Of a DNA stretch of 64,000 nt, positions 29,009-36,408 are shown one piece after another. Position numbers and translations under genes: made by a program. The notes under the pieces were generated by a model. It did no database searches. It was not told the origin of the DNA and worked only from the letters and a program-made list of their open reading frames with translations. The DNA comes from a virus. The DNA lies in IMG/VR virus record IMGVR_UViG_3300044800_000040, positions 4,691 to 68,690 of that record; one strand, 5' to 3'. How positions within the stretch are numbered: the stretch's first letter is position 1; every line of letters begins with the position of its first letter.

Positions 29009-29379
29009 TATTTCCTCGGCCGCCACATGTCGAGTGGGCTGTTGGTGAACTTCTCCCACTTACCACCCTGGGTGCAAAGGGACATGAACTGGCAGTAGCC
29101 CCCCGGAGTGACGTCGAGTTGCTTGGCGCAGTTGTCACAGCACCGCGCGTCCGCGGGGATCTTGCTGGCCTTGACACGCAGGCCGTTCCAGAACGAGACG
29201 AGGATGGCCTGGCACCATCCACGGGAGTGCTTGAAGCCGTCGAGGAACCCGCCGACTGCCAGGCCAACCACCCAGCCGAGCCCCTGCACGATTGCACACA
29301 GGATCACCAGGATCATCCAGGGCACGAAGCCGATGAGCTTGCCCAGGAGCTTGAAAAACGAGAGCAGCAGTTTGATCAT
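29008..29379 (-). CDS. Hypothetical membrane protein with Cys-rich tail
   Basis: Hydrophobic N-half, CCDNC. Confidence 0.5.
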   Translation of the reverse strand: MIKLLLSFFKLLGKLIGFVPWMILVILCAIVQGLGWVVGLAVGGFLDGFKHSRGWCQAILVSFWNGLRVKASKIPADARCCDNCAKQLDVTPGGYCQFMSLCTQGGKWEKFTNSPLDMWRPRK

Positions 29380-30230
29380 CACCGGAAGTTTACCTCCCAC
29401 GGTCGCAGGTTGCGGAGCATGGAGGCGAAGCCATACTCCTGACAGACATCCTTGAAGCCTTCCAGATCGAAGCGGCACTTGGCTGGAATGGGGCAGCGGG
29501 TGCCGGGCAGCGGCAGCTTGATGAGCCAGCGGTTGCGGATGAGGTCGGCCGTGCCCATGAACGCCTCGATCTTCTGGTAGGTCTTGGAACTGGGCTTGAG
29601 CTGCCCACGGACCCACTTCAGCGCAGTAGGGATGCCAACGCCAACCACCCCAGGCACCTCGTCCGTGTCGCACCCGGCAATGATCTTGGCCTCGAGGTAC
29701 TGGTCGGGGAAGCATCCCAGATCATCCCGCAGGTTGCTGGTGGTGTAGAGTAGCCCGTTGGTCTTACTCATGGGTGCCAGGTGCAGGCACTGGTACAGGT
29801 CCTGGTCGGAGGTCACCAGGATGCAGCCGGGGTAGCGCGCCGCCATCGCCGCAAGGAGGTCGTCCGACTCGTACCCGGTCTGCCGGAACTGGTTCAGGAA
29901 ACCCATGCGGGGCAGCAGCTCTTGGCGCAGGCGCTGGAACTGGTCGAAGCACAGCTCGTCGGCGCGCATCTCCAGGGCAGTGCGCTCCTTGAGCTTGGCA
30001 CGCCGCTTCTCCTTGTACGCAGGGAACCGGACACGGCGCTGTGACTTCTGGCTGTCCCAGCAGAACACGTACTCCGTGCCAGGCCCGAACGCCTTGCCCA
30101 GGGAGAGAAGCTGCTCCAGGAAGCCGAACACGACGCCGGACGCCAGGTCCTCATGGGACAGGTCGCCTGTGGTGAACTTGGCCCTGTAGCAAAGCTGGTT
30201 GGCGTCGAGACAGAGAGTTGTCACGCCCAT
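29379..30230 (-). CDS. 5'-3' exonuclease / flap endonuclease (T4 RNase H-like)
   Basis: LDAN, WDS, YESDD, SDQDLYQ, GCDTDEVPGVVGVG. Confidence 0.9.
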   Translation of the reverse strand: MGVTTLCLDANQLCYRAKFTTGDLSHEDLASGVVFGFLEQLLSLGKAFGPGTEYVFCWDSQKSQRRVRFPAYKEKRRAKLKERTALEMRADELCFDQFQRLRQELLPRMGFLNQFRQTGYESDDLLAAMAARYPGCILVTSDQDLYQCLHLAPMSKTNGLLYTTSNLRDDLGCFPDQYLEAKIIAGCDTDEVPGVVGVGIPTALKWVRGQLKPSSKTYQKIEAFMGTADLIRNRWLIKLPLPGTRCPIPAKCRFDLEGFKDVCQEYGFASMLRNLRPWEVNFR

Positions 30231-30448
30231 TGCCCATTCAGCCTTTTGCGGATTGCGGACACAATGTTCTCCCTTCGCCTGGGTTGGTCGGTTGCTGTGC
30301 CGGGCACTCGGGTCATCACCTCCCGCCCGTCCTCCATGCTCACCGTGAGCAGGCCATGTCCTCGTCCGGGCTCCCACTTGAGGAAGCTGATGCCCGGGAT
30401 CTTGCGGCGCAGGAACTTCTCGAACTCCAGTTGCCGGAATGGGGCCAT
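30221..30448 (-). CDS. Hypothetical protein
   Basis: AGGAGG RBS. Confidence 0.55.
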   Translation of the reverse strand: MAPFRQLEFEKFLRRKIPGISFLKWEPGRGHGLLTVSMEDGREVMTRVPGTATDQPRRRENIVSAIRKRLNGQWA

Positions 30449-30456
30449 GTGGCCTC

Positions 30457-31581
30457 CTACGCGAACCGCCGTTTGCGGCCCGACTTCAGTGCGTCCTCTT
30501 GTTCCTGCCAGGCACGCGCCACAACTCTGCGGAGTGCCCCCTCCTTGCCAGTTTCTTCGATGGCCTTAACCAACTGCTTGACCGTGCCCGACAGCTCCAC
30601 ATCTGTCGCATCTACGACACCGCCCTTGGTCTTGTCCCAGACCCCCTGATCGACGAGGTACTCGATGCAGCTGGTGAGGTCGTCGACGCCGTAGTCGTAC
30701 AGGATGGGGAAGGTTGCCGAGCGCACCTTGCCGGTGAGCTTGTTCTTCTCGCACTTGGCAATGACGTTGACGCCGATGGGGAGGTTCTTCTCCTTGACCT
30801 TGATGGACACGTTGGACTCGACCGCCAACCAGACCTCGTGCGTGGCGTAGAACTTCAGCGCACGCCCACCGGAGCGGGTCTTCTTCTTGCCGAAGGTGAC
30901 GCCGATCTTGTCACGGGTCTGGCTGATGATGATCAGCACGGAGTTGGTGCGCTTAAGCCCGGCACAGATGGCACGGAACAGCTTGCTCGCGCTCTTCTGC
31001 TTGTTCATGCCGTAGGTGCCCTTGGACTCCTGCCCGTCGCACTTCTCCAGCGCCTCAACCTCCGCGTCCTCCTCCACCGAGCCGATGGCATCGAAGGAGT
31101 CCAGCACGTAGATGAAGGGCACGTTCTTCTTGATGGCCCGGAGCACCCTGGCGAAGAACTCCTCCACCGTGGTGCTGTACAGGGGCTCCCCGTCGTCGTC
31201 CTTGGCAGGGGGCTCCATGCGCTCGGCCAGGGCGTCGCCGAACAGGTAGGAGATGTCCATCTCCAGGGCGTGCTCGGCATCGTCGAAGATGATGCGGTAG
31301 TCGTCGAACCGGGTGTCGTTGGCCATAGCCGCCAGGCCCGTCAAGGCAAGGAACGTCTTGCCGGCACTCGAGTCGCCGACAAGGTTCGTCATCTTGCCAG
31401 CGCCGTAGCCACCACGGTGACTGTCGGACAGGGCCAGGTTCAGCAGCGTCGACCCGGTTGGGATCAGATCAGCCTTTGCGCTTGCGGGGGCTTTTTCCGA
31501 CTTTCCTTCCACCGGCTTCATGCGTCGGCTTGTGGAAATACTTTGCGCTGGCTTGGTAGACGGGGTCTTGGTTCGCGTCAT
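30457..31581 (-). CDS. RecA/UvsX-like recombinase
   Basis: IPTGS, GDSSAGKT, DAEHAL, SQTRDKIG, GGRALKFYA, KNK. Confidence 0.92.
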   Translation of the reverse strand: MTRTKTPSTKPAQSISTSRRMKPVEGKSEKAPASAKADLIPTGSTLLNLALSDSHRGGYGAGKMTNLVGDSSAGKTFLALTGLAAMANDTRFDDYRIIFDDAEHALEMDISYLFGDALAERMEPPAKDDDGEPLYSTTVEEFFARVLRAIKKNVPFIYVLDSFDAIGSVEEDAEVEALEKCDGQESKGTYGMNKQKSASKLFRAICAGLKRTNSVLIIISQTRDKIGVTFGKKKTRSGGRALKFYATHEVWLAVESNVSIKVKEKNLPIGVNVIAKCEKNKLTGKVRSATFPILYDYGVDDLTSCIEYLVDQGVWDKTKGGVVDATDVELSGTVKQLVKAIEETGKEGALRRVVARAWQEQEDALKSGRKRRFA

Positions 31582-31756
31582 TGAGAATCGCCTCCAGGCG
31601 CATGAGTGAGTAGTACCACCGCATGCCGATTTTGATGGCCAGGGAATGCTCCCTCGCCCAGTTGTACAACGTGTCCTTGGACACCTCGATGCCCCGTGCG
31701 CCGAGCCACTCGATGGTCTCCTTGATGTTCAGGTACTGCTTTTTCGCGACTGTCAT
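31469..31756 (-). CDS. Excisionase-like HTH protein
   Basis: YLNIKE...VSKDTLYNWAR...IKIGMRW. Confidence 0.65.
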   Translation of the reverse strand: MTVAKKQYLNIKETIEWLGARGIEVSKDTLYNWAREHSLAIKIGMRWYYSLMRLEAILNDANQDPVYQASAKYFHKPTHEAGGRKVGKSPRKRKG

Positions 31757-32313
31757 TTCAACCTCGCTACCGCTCTCTTGTAGCGGTCGATGAACTTGGA
31801 ATAGGCCACCTCGTGTGTCCAGAACTTGAGCTTGCCCAGGTCGGGGATGTCCGCCAGCGCGGGCACCTGGAACTGGAACGACTCCACGTAGCGGCTCCGG
31901 TTCATGCGTACCTCGTAGAGGAACGCCTGATGATCCATCTCCTGCACGAACTCGACCCGCTCGCCAGGCAAACCATGCTTGCGCATCGCCGTGGCGTAGA
32001 TGCTGTCTTCAAACAAGCGATACTCACCGAAGCACTCCTTCAGCGGCTTGGGGATGTCCGACAGGTACACCTCGCCGATGTCGTGCAGCAGTGCCGCCAC
32101 CAGGATGGACGGGTAGGCTCCCGCTTCATGCACAAGGTCATGCACGATGCAGCAGTGCTCCGCAACGCTGACAAAGCGGTCGCAGTGCCCATTGAAGCGG
32201 CACTGCTTGCTCAACGCCAGGGCAGCATCCCTGACGGAAATCTCGTCGGCTGTGATGGACAACGGGTGGACCCATTTGCCAGTCGCCGTTATGATCGCCG
32301 GTCCGCGCTCCAT
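31753..32313 (-). CDS. HD-domain 5'-deoxynucleotidase (YfdR-like)
   Basis: CRFNGH, SVAEH, ALLHDIGEVYLSDIPKPLK. Confidence 0.85.
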   Translation of the reverse strand: MERGPAIITATGKWVHPLSITADEISVRDAALALSKQCRFNGHCDRFVSVAEHCCIVHDLVHEAGAYPSILVAALLHDIGEVYLSDIPKPLKECFGEYRLFEDSIYATAMRKHGLPGERVEFVQEMDHQAFLYEVRMNRSRYVESFQFQVPALADIPDLGKLKFWTHEVAYSKFIDRYKRAVARLK

Positions 32314-32360
32314 GTTGCTCCTCAAAGGGGGCAGAGCTTGTGCCCTGCCCCCTGGTTGGT

Positions 32361-33500
32361 CTACTTGCCGGCCTTGGCAGCCTTGCGCAGCTCGCGCTTC
32401 TTCTCCTGGCACTCCTCCCAGACGTTGCACTTCTCGCACTCGTCGAGGGAGTTGCAGTCGGTGCCGTAGGTGCCGCCATGCGGGCACTCGTCACCATCCT
32501 CGTCCTTGGCCTTGCCCTTCTTCTTGGCGGGCGGGTCCTCGTCCTCGTCGTCAGCGGGCTTGGAGCCGCGCTTGGGCTTGGCCGGAGGGGCATCCTCGTC
32601 GTCCTCGTCCTTGGCCGGCTTCTTCTTGGACTTGGCCGGGGGTTCCTCGTCCTCCTCCGGTTCGGGCTTGGCCTTCTTCTTGGGCTTGGGATCGTCCTCC
32701 TCGTCGTCCTCCTTGGGGGCCGGCTTCTTCTTGCGCGGGGCTTCGTCCTCGTCCTCGACCGGGGCACGCTTCTTGGCACGGGGTTCGTCGTCCTCGTCGA
32801 CCGGATCGTCGACGCCCAGGAACTGCCGCTCCAGGGCCGCGTACTCCATGATCACCATGCACTGGTCGAGGTTCTGCACCTGCTCCAGGATCTTCTTGCT
32901 GATGGGGGCGTCGCGCTCCTCGAAGTCGATGCGCTTGGCCTCGAGGAACTTCTGCTTGCCCATTTGCTTCTCGTTGAAGCGGACCTTGAGGGTGAGACCT
33001 TCCTTGGGGTCGTAGAAGCCGGCCACGTTCTCGTCAGCCTCGACCTCCTCCTCGAGCATCTTGCCGAACAGGTGGTAGCTGATCTCCCAGACGTGCAGCT
33101 TGCCGGCGCCGTCGCCGTCGTAGGGCACCACGAACATGACTTCGCGATCCTTGGGGAGCAGGGCTTTCTTGCCGTCCTCGTCAAGGTTGGCGGTCTTGCG
33201 ATGGGCGCAGATGGGGCAGGGCTTGCCGATGGTCAGGGGGCACAGCACGGACTTCTCGTCCACGCCGATCTTGAAGTGAGTCTTGATCGGGCGGCGCGGC
33301 CACAGCTCGCCCACCTCGGCCTTGTCCAGGTGCTTCTTGTCGCTGACCTCGTACGGGATGATGTCGATGAGGTTGACGCCAGCCTTGGGCTTGTAGAAGG
33401 GGAGATCCGGGTCGAGCCGGATGTAGCCGCCCCCGCCGCCACCCTGGGCCTTGTGCTCCGTGGCGCGCTTGCGGAAACGGTCAGCATTCACCTTCGCCAT
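32361..33500 (-). CDS. Single-stranded DNA-binding protein (gp32-like)
   Basis: H...CP...CPIC Zn site, FYDPKEG, long acidic/Lys-Pro tail. Confidence 0.75.
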   Translation of the reverse strand: MAKVNADRFRKRATEHKAQGGGGGGYIRLDPDLPFYKPKAGVNLIDIIPYEVSDKKHLDKAEVGELWPRRPIKTHFKIGVDEKSVLCPLTIGKPCPICAHRKTANLDEDGKKALLPKDREVMFVVPYDGDGAGKLHVWEISYHLFGKMLEEEVEADENVAGFYDPKEGLTLKVRFNEKQMGKQKFLEAKRIDFEERDAPISKKILEQVQNLDQCMVIMEYAALERQFLGVDDPVDEDDEPRAKKRAPVEDEDEAPRKKKPAPKEDDEEDDPKPKKKAKPEPEEDEEPPAKSKKKPAKDEDDEDAPPAKPKRGSKPADDEDEDPPAKKKGKAKDEDGDECPHGGTYGTDCNSLDECEKCNVWEECQEKKRELRKAAKAGK

Positions 33501-33504
33501 GTGT

Positions 33505-33696
33505 CTAGTCCTCCTTGCTGTTGCGACCGGAGAGTCCGGTCAGCTGTTTGAATGATTCCAACTTGGCACTCAACTTGGCCTTGTGCACGGTCTTAGTCAC
33601 ACTCCAGGCGAGCAGGTTGATGAGAAAGAACACGGCTACGATGCCGCCAAGTACAGCCACAAGCCGTACGAACATCTCGCCCAGGTCGTAGATCAT
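33505..33696 (-). CDS. Small membrane protein
   Basis: Single TM segment; coupled start/stop. Confidence 0.5.
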   Translation of the reverse strand: MIYDLGEMFVRLVAVLGGIVAVFFLINLLAWSVTKTVHKAKLSAKLESFKQLTGLSGRNSKED

Positions 33697-34229
33697 CAGT
33701 TGCCTCGCTTGGGTGCAGCCTTACGCATGGCGGCCGTGGCATGCTCCTTGGTCTTGGCCCGGTCCTGGGCACTGCGGCGCTTGAACTCACGCTCGACGGA
33801 GTCCGCGAGGTTGTGCGGCGCGTCGACCGGGGCAGAGAAGTAGTCGGCCATGAGCAAGCGCACGAGGTTGGCCAGGGCATCGCGTTTGTGGTCGAGCGCC
33901 TTCATGGCCGCGCTGTACAGACCCATGTCCGCGGCAGCGTCCTGCAACTGGTCTTGCGCAACGATGCGGTCGCGGTGGGTGGTCACCCAGGCTTGGGCGG
34001 CCGCCTCGGTCGGCTTCTGCCCCGCAGCTTCCAGCGTCTCCTTCGCCATCGGGTACAGTCTGGCTTCGACCAGTACGAGGCGGTCCTTTGCCATGTTGTA
34101 GCGGGTACGTGCGTCGGCCTCCATGCGCGCATACTTGCCCACGAGCCCGGCCTGGCGCGTCCACTCCACGTCCAGGGCATCGGGGTTGATGTCCACGTCG
34201 CTGTCGAAATTGAATTCAGGCTCGATCAT
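33696..34229 (-). CDS. UvsY-like recombination mediator
   Basis: Helical; KPTEAA...W, ALDHKRDAL; next to SSB; AAGGAGG RBS. Confidence 0.6.
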   Translation of the reverse strand: MIEPEFNFDSDVDINPDALDVEWTRQAGLVGKYARMEADARTRYNMAKDRLVLVEARLYPMAKETLEAAGQKPTEAAAQAWVTTHRDRIVAQDQLQDAAADMGLYSAAMKALDHKRDALANLVRLLMADYFSAPVDAPHNLADSVEREFKRRSAQDRAKTKEHATAAMRKAAPKRGN

Positions 34230-34429
34230 GTTGCCTCCTTGCGATGTTGTTCTGGGGCTGGCTTTGCGCCTTCAGCGGCGAACTTGTCAGGCTAGGCGTT
34301 TATGCCTGGGGCCGAAGCCCATGTTGACCTTTTCCACCAGCGAGTGACCGACTCCTAATCCAGGGATGGACACCTGATACGCCCGTATGTCGGCTGCTTG
34401 TCAAACTCCATTGAAGCCCAGGACTTGAG

Positions 34430-34438
34430 ATTATACGC
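34430..34438 (-). promoter_or_regulatory. GCGTATAAT promoter motif
   Basis: Exact motif at the head of a 200-nt intergenic leader. Confidence 0.7.
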
Positions 34439-36405
34439 TAGCCGCAGACCACCGCATAACAGGACAGGACGAGGCCGGCCCGGCCGCTGGCGTAGTAGGG
34501 CTCCTTGAAGCACTCCAGCACCAGGGCGGCGTGGGGGTTGTCCCCCTTGATCAGCACGCTGGTGAAGTAGCCGAGCACCGAGCGGCGGATGGACTCCTCG
34601 TCCTGGTCTGCCAGGCCACGTAGGATGGTGGCGATGGGTGCCCAGGTCAGCTTGCCCTTGCCCATGAGCGCACGACACAGCTCGATGGTGGCAGACAGGT
34701 CAGCCGCCGCCTTGTCCACCATCTTGACCTGATCCGCAGGGGAGAGGTCGATGAGCGCCTCGAGGATGGACAGGGCGAGCCTGGCACTGCCCACGGCATT
34801 GCGTGCGATGAGCTCAACCACTTCTTCCGACACCTTGGCCTTCTCGGCACGGCATACCCGGTTGACCAGGGCAATGAGCTTGGCTTCGGTAAGGCTGCTC
34901 ACCTCGTAGGTTGTGAGCCGGGTCTTGACCGTCGGCAGCAGCTTCTGCGGCTCGGTCGTCGCCATGAGCACGAACACATGACCCGGAGGATGCTCCAGCC
35001 CTTTCAGCAAGGCATTCTGGGCGTCATTGGTGAGCTTGTGGCAGTTGTGTACCAACACCCCACCTGCGAAGTAGCTGGGGTGCCCATCGATCTCGAGGTC
35101 ATGGTATTCTACGAAGCCGCGACGAATTTCATCACTTGTGAAATCACTCGGGCCAAGTCCTGCATCACCTCCTGATTCGTAAAGCGCAACACCACCCACC
35201 CGAACGAGTGCAGGAGCTCCGTCTTTTTCGTATCCAGCAGTGAATTCCGCCTCGACCTGTGCCCACGTCCGTCCACTTCTACGGCAATTTTCAACACAGA
35301 ATTTGCGATGTCCACCTTGTAGCTGTTCGGGCACCCCGGTGCTTTCCCCGTCGGGATCACCACTTCCATCGGCCAACCAAGTGCCGTCGCCAGCAGGCGT
35401 TGAGGTTCTGTTGTCTTCCCGTTCCCTCCCCGCGCCCCCTTCCATATGCGAAGGGAGCCCTTGGCTGTCTTGGTCGCACGGGCCTTCTCCAATGTGATGG
35501 GGTTGGCCGACGGGTTGTCTCGCTGCATGCGCTGACTGTGCGCCTGTCTCTCCGCAGCCCCCTCTGGGGTCTCCATCAGAAACCGCTTCCGACTGATGGA
35601 AATCTTTGCCGCAACTTGCGCGTTGTGCACCTTGGCACGGACTTCCGGAAGTGCCATCCGTCTCACCGCTGCACATGACCTGGAGCATGTCTGCTGATTG
35701 TACTTCTCCTGTCGGTTCGGAAAGAACGGCATCGGTGTACTGCATACTGGGCACGGTCTCGTCGTTGTCATTAGGAACCTCCGCAAGCATCGCTGGTGAG
35801 CTTGTGCGGTCCACATTATGACAATTCATGGGGTATAACAAGTCCCCCTCACGAAGATCACCAGCGGGCACCCACCCTCGCGTGGTGCGGAACAGGTGCT
35901 CCCGAGAGCAGCGGATGTCCCCTTGGTCAGTATGCACCCGCGCTGTGCGCTCCAAGGGCACCTTGTTGACAAAGTGGTTGAGCACTGTGCGGAATCCCTG
36001 CATGGATTGCACAAGTTCGCCGGGCTGGATGTCTTGAATGGGTCGCACCCCGCCCAGGCACACGACAGGTGTGTCGGCCGCGAAGCACTCGTCCAGGAAG
36101 AAGACCCGGCACGGCCCGGCCATCGGCTTGAGCCGCATCTGCTGGCGCAGGTCACGGATGGAGTCGATGCCGCGGAAGTCCGCGCTGTCCACTTCCTTGA
36201 AGTCCAGCTCCATGTTGCAGCCCAGTTCGGCGGCGACGATGCGGGCAAGGGTTGTCTTGCCACAGCCCGACGGGCCGAGGAACAACATGGAGTGCGGGAT
36301 GTTCTCCCGGTCACGGGCCAGGACGTTGCGCAGGGACTCGATCACCTGGGGGTTACCAAGCATCTCGTCCAGGCTTTGCGGGCGGTGTTTATTGTACAGC
36401 GACAT
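34438..36405 (-). CDS. dnaX: Clamp loader ATPase (DnaX gamma/tau-like) with intein
   Basis: LYNKHRP, GPSGCGKTTLAR, LDE|CH, AQNALLKGLEHPP, ATTEPQKL. Confidence 0.9.
   Translation of the reverse strand: MSLYNKHRPQSLDEMLGNPQVIESLRNVLARDRENIPHSMLFLGPSGCGKTTLARIVAAELGCNMELDFKEVDSADFRGIDSIRDLRQQMRLKPMAGPCRVFFLDECFAADTPVVCLGGVRPIQDIQPGELVQSMQGFRTVLNHFVNKVPLERTARVHTDQGDIRCSREHLFRTTRGWVPAGDLREGDLLYPMNCHNVDRTSSPAMLAEVPNDNDETVPSMQYTDAVLSEPTGEVQSADMLQVMCSGETDGTSGSPCQGAQRASCGKDFHQSEAVSDGDPRGGCGETGAQSAHAARQPVGQPHHIGEGPCDQDSQGLPSHMEGGAGREREDNRTSTPAGDGTWLADGSGDPDGESTGVPEQLQGGHRKFCVENCRRSGRTWAQVEAEFTAGYEKDGAPALVRVGGVALYESGGDAGLGPSDFTSDEIRRGFVEYHDLEIDGHPSYFAGGVLVHNCHKLTNDAQNALLKGLEHPPGHVFVLMATTEPQKLLPTVKTRLTTYEVSSLTEAKLIALVNRVCRAEKAKVSEEVVELIARNAVGSARLALSILEALIDLSPADQVKMVDKAAADLSATIELCRALMGKGKLTWAPIATILRGLADQDEESIRRSVLGYFTSVLIKGDNPHAALVLECFKEPYYASGRAGLVLSCYAVVCG
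35044..36087 (-). mobile_element. Intein (348 aa) in clamp loader Walker B
   Basis: CFAADT...CSREHLF...YHDLEIDGHPSYFAGGVLVHN followed by Cys. Confidence 0.92.
35109..35771 (-). CDS. DUF559/Vsr-like endonuclease in the +1 frame of the intein
   Basis: GGAGG RBS; CPVC..CSRSC; YKVDIA..KIAVEVDGRGH..DTKK..GWVVLRFTN. Confidence 0.85.
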   Translation of the reverse strand: MTTTRPCPVCSTPMPFFPNRQEKYNQQTCSRSCAAVRRMALPEVRAKVHNAQVAAKISISRKRFLMETPEGAAERQAHSQRMQRDNPSANPITLEKARATKTAKGSLRIWKGARGGNGKTTEPQRLLATALGWPMEVVIPTGKAPGCPNSYKVDIANSVLKIAVEVDGRGHRSRRNSLLDTKKTELLHSFGWVVLRFTNQEVMQDLARVISQVMKFVAAS

Positions 36406-36408
36406 GAA

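Noticed and set aside
31469-31756. Evidence of a temperate lifestyle from the excisionase-like gene
   Set aside because: No integrase, repressor or att site is recognisable in the window, and such HTH proteins also occur in lytic phages.
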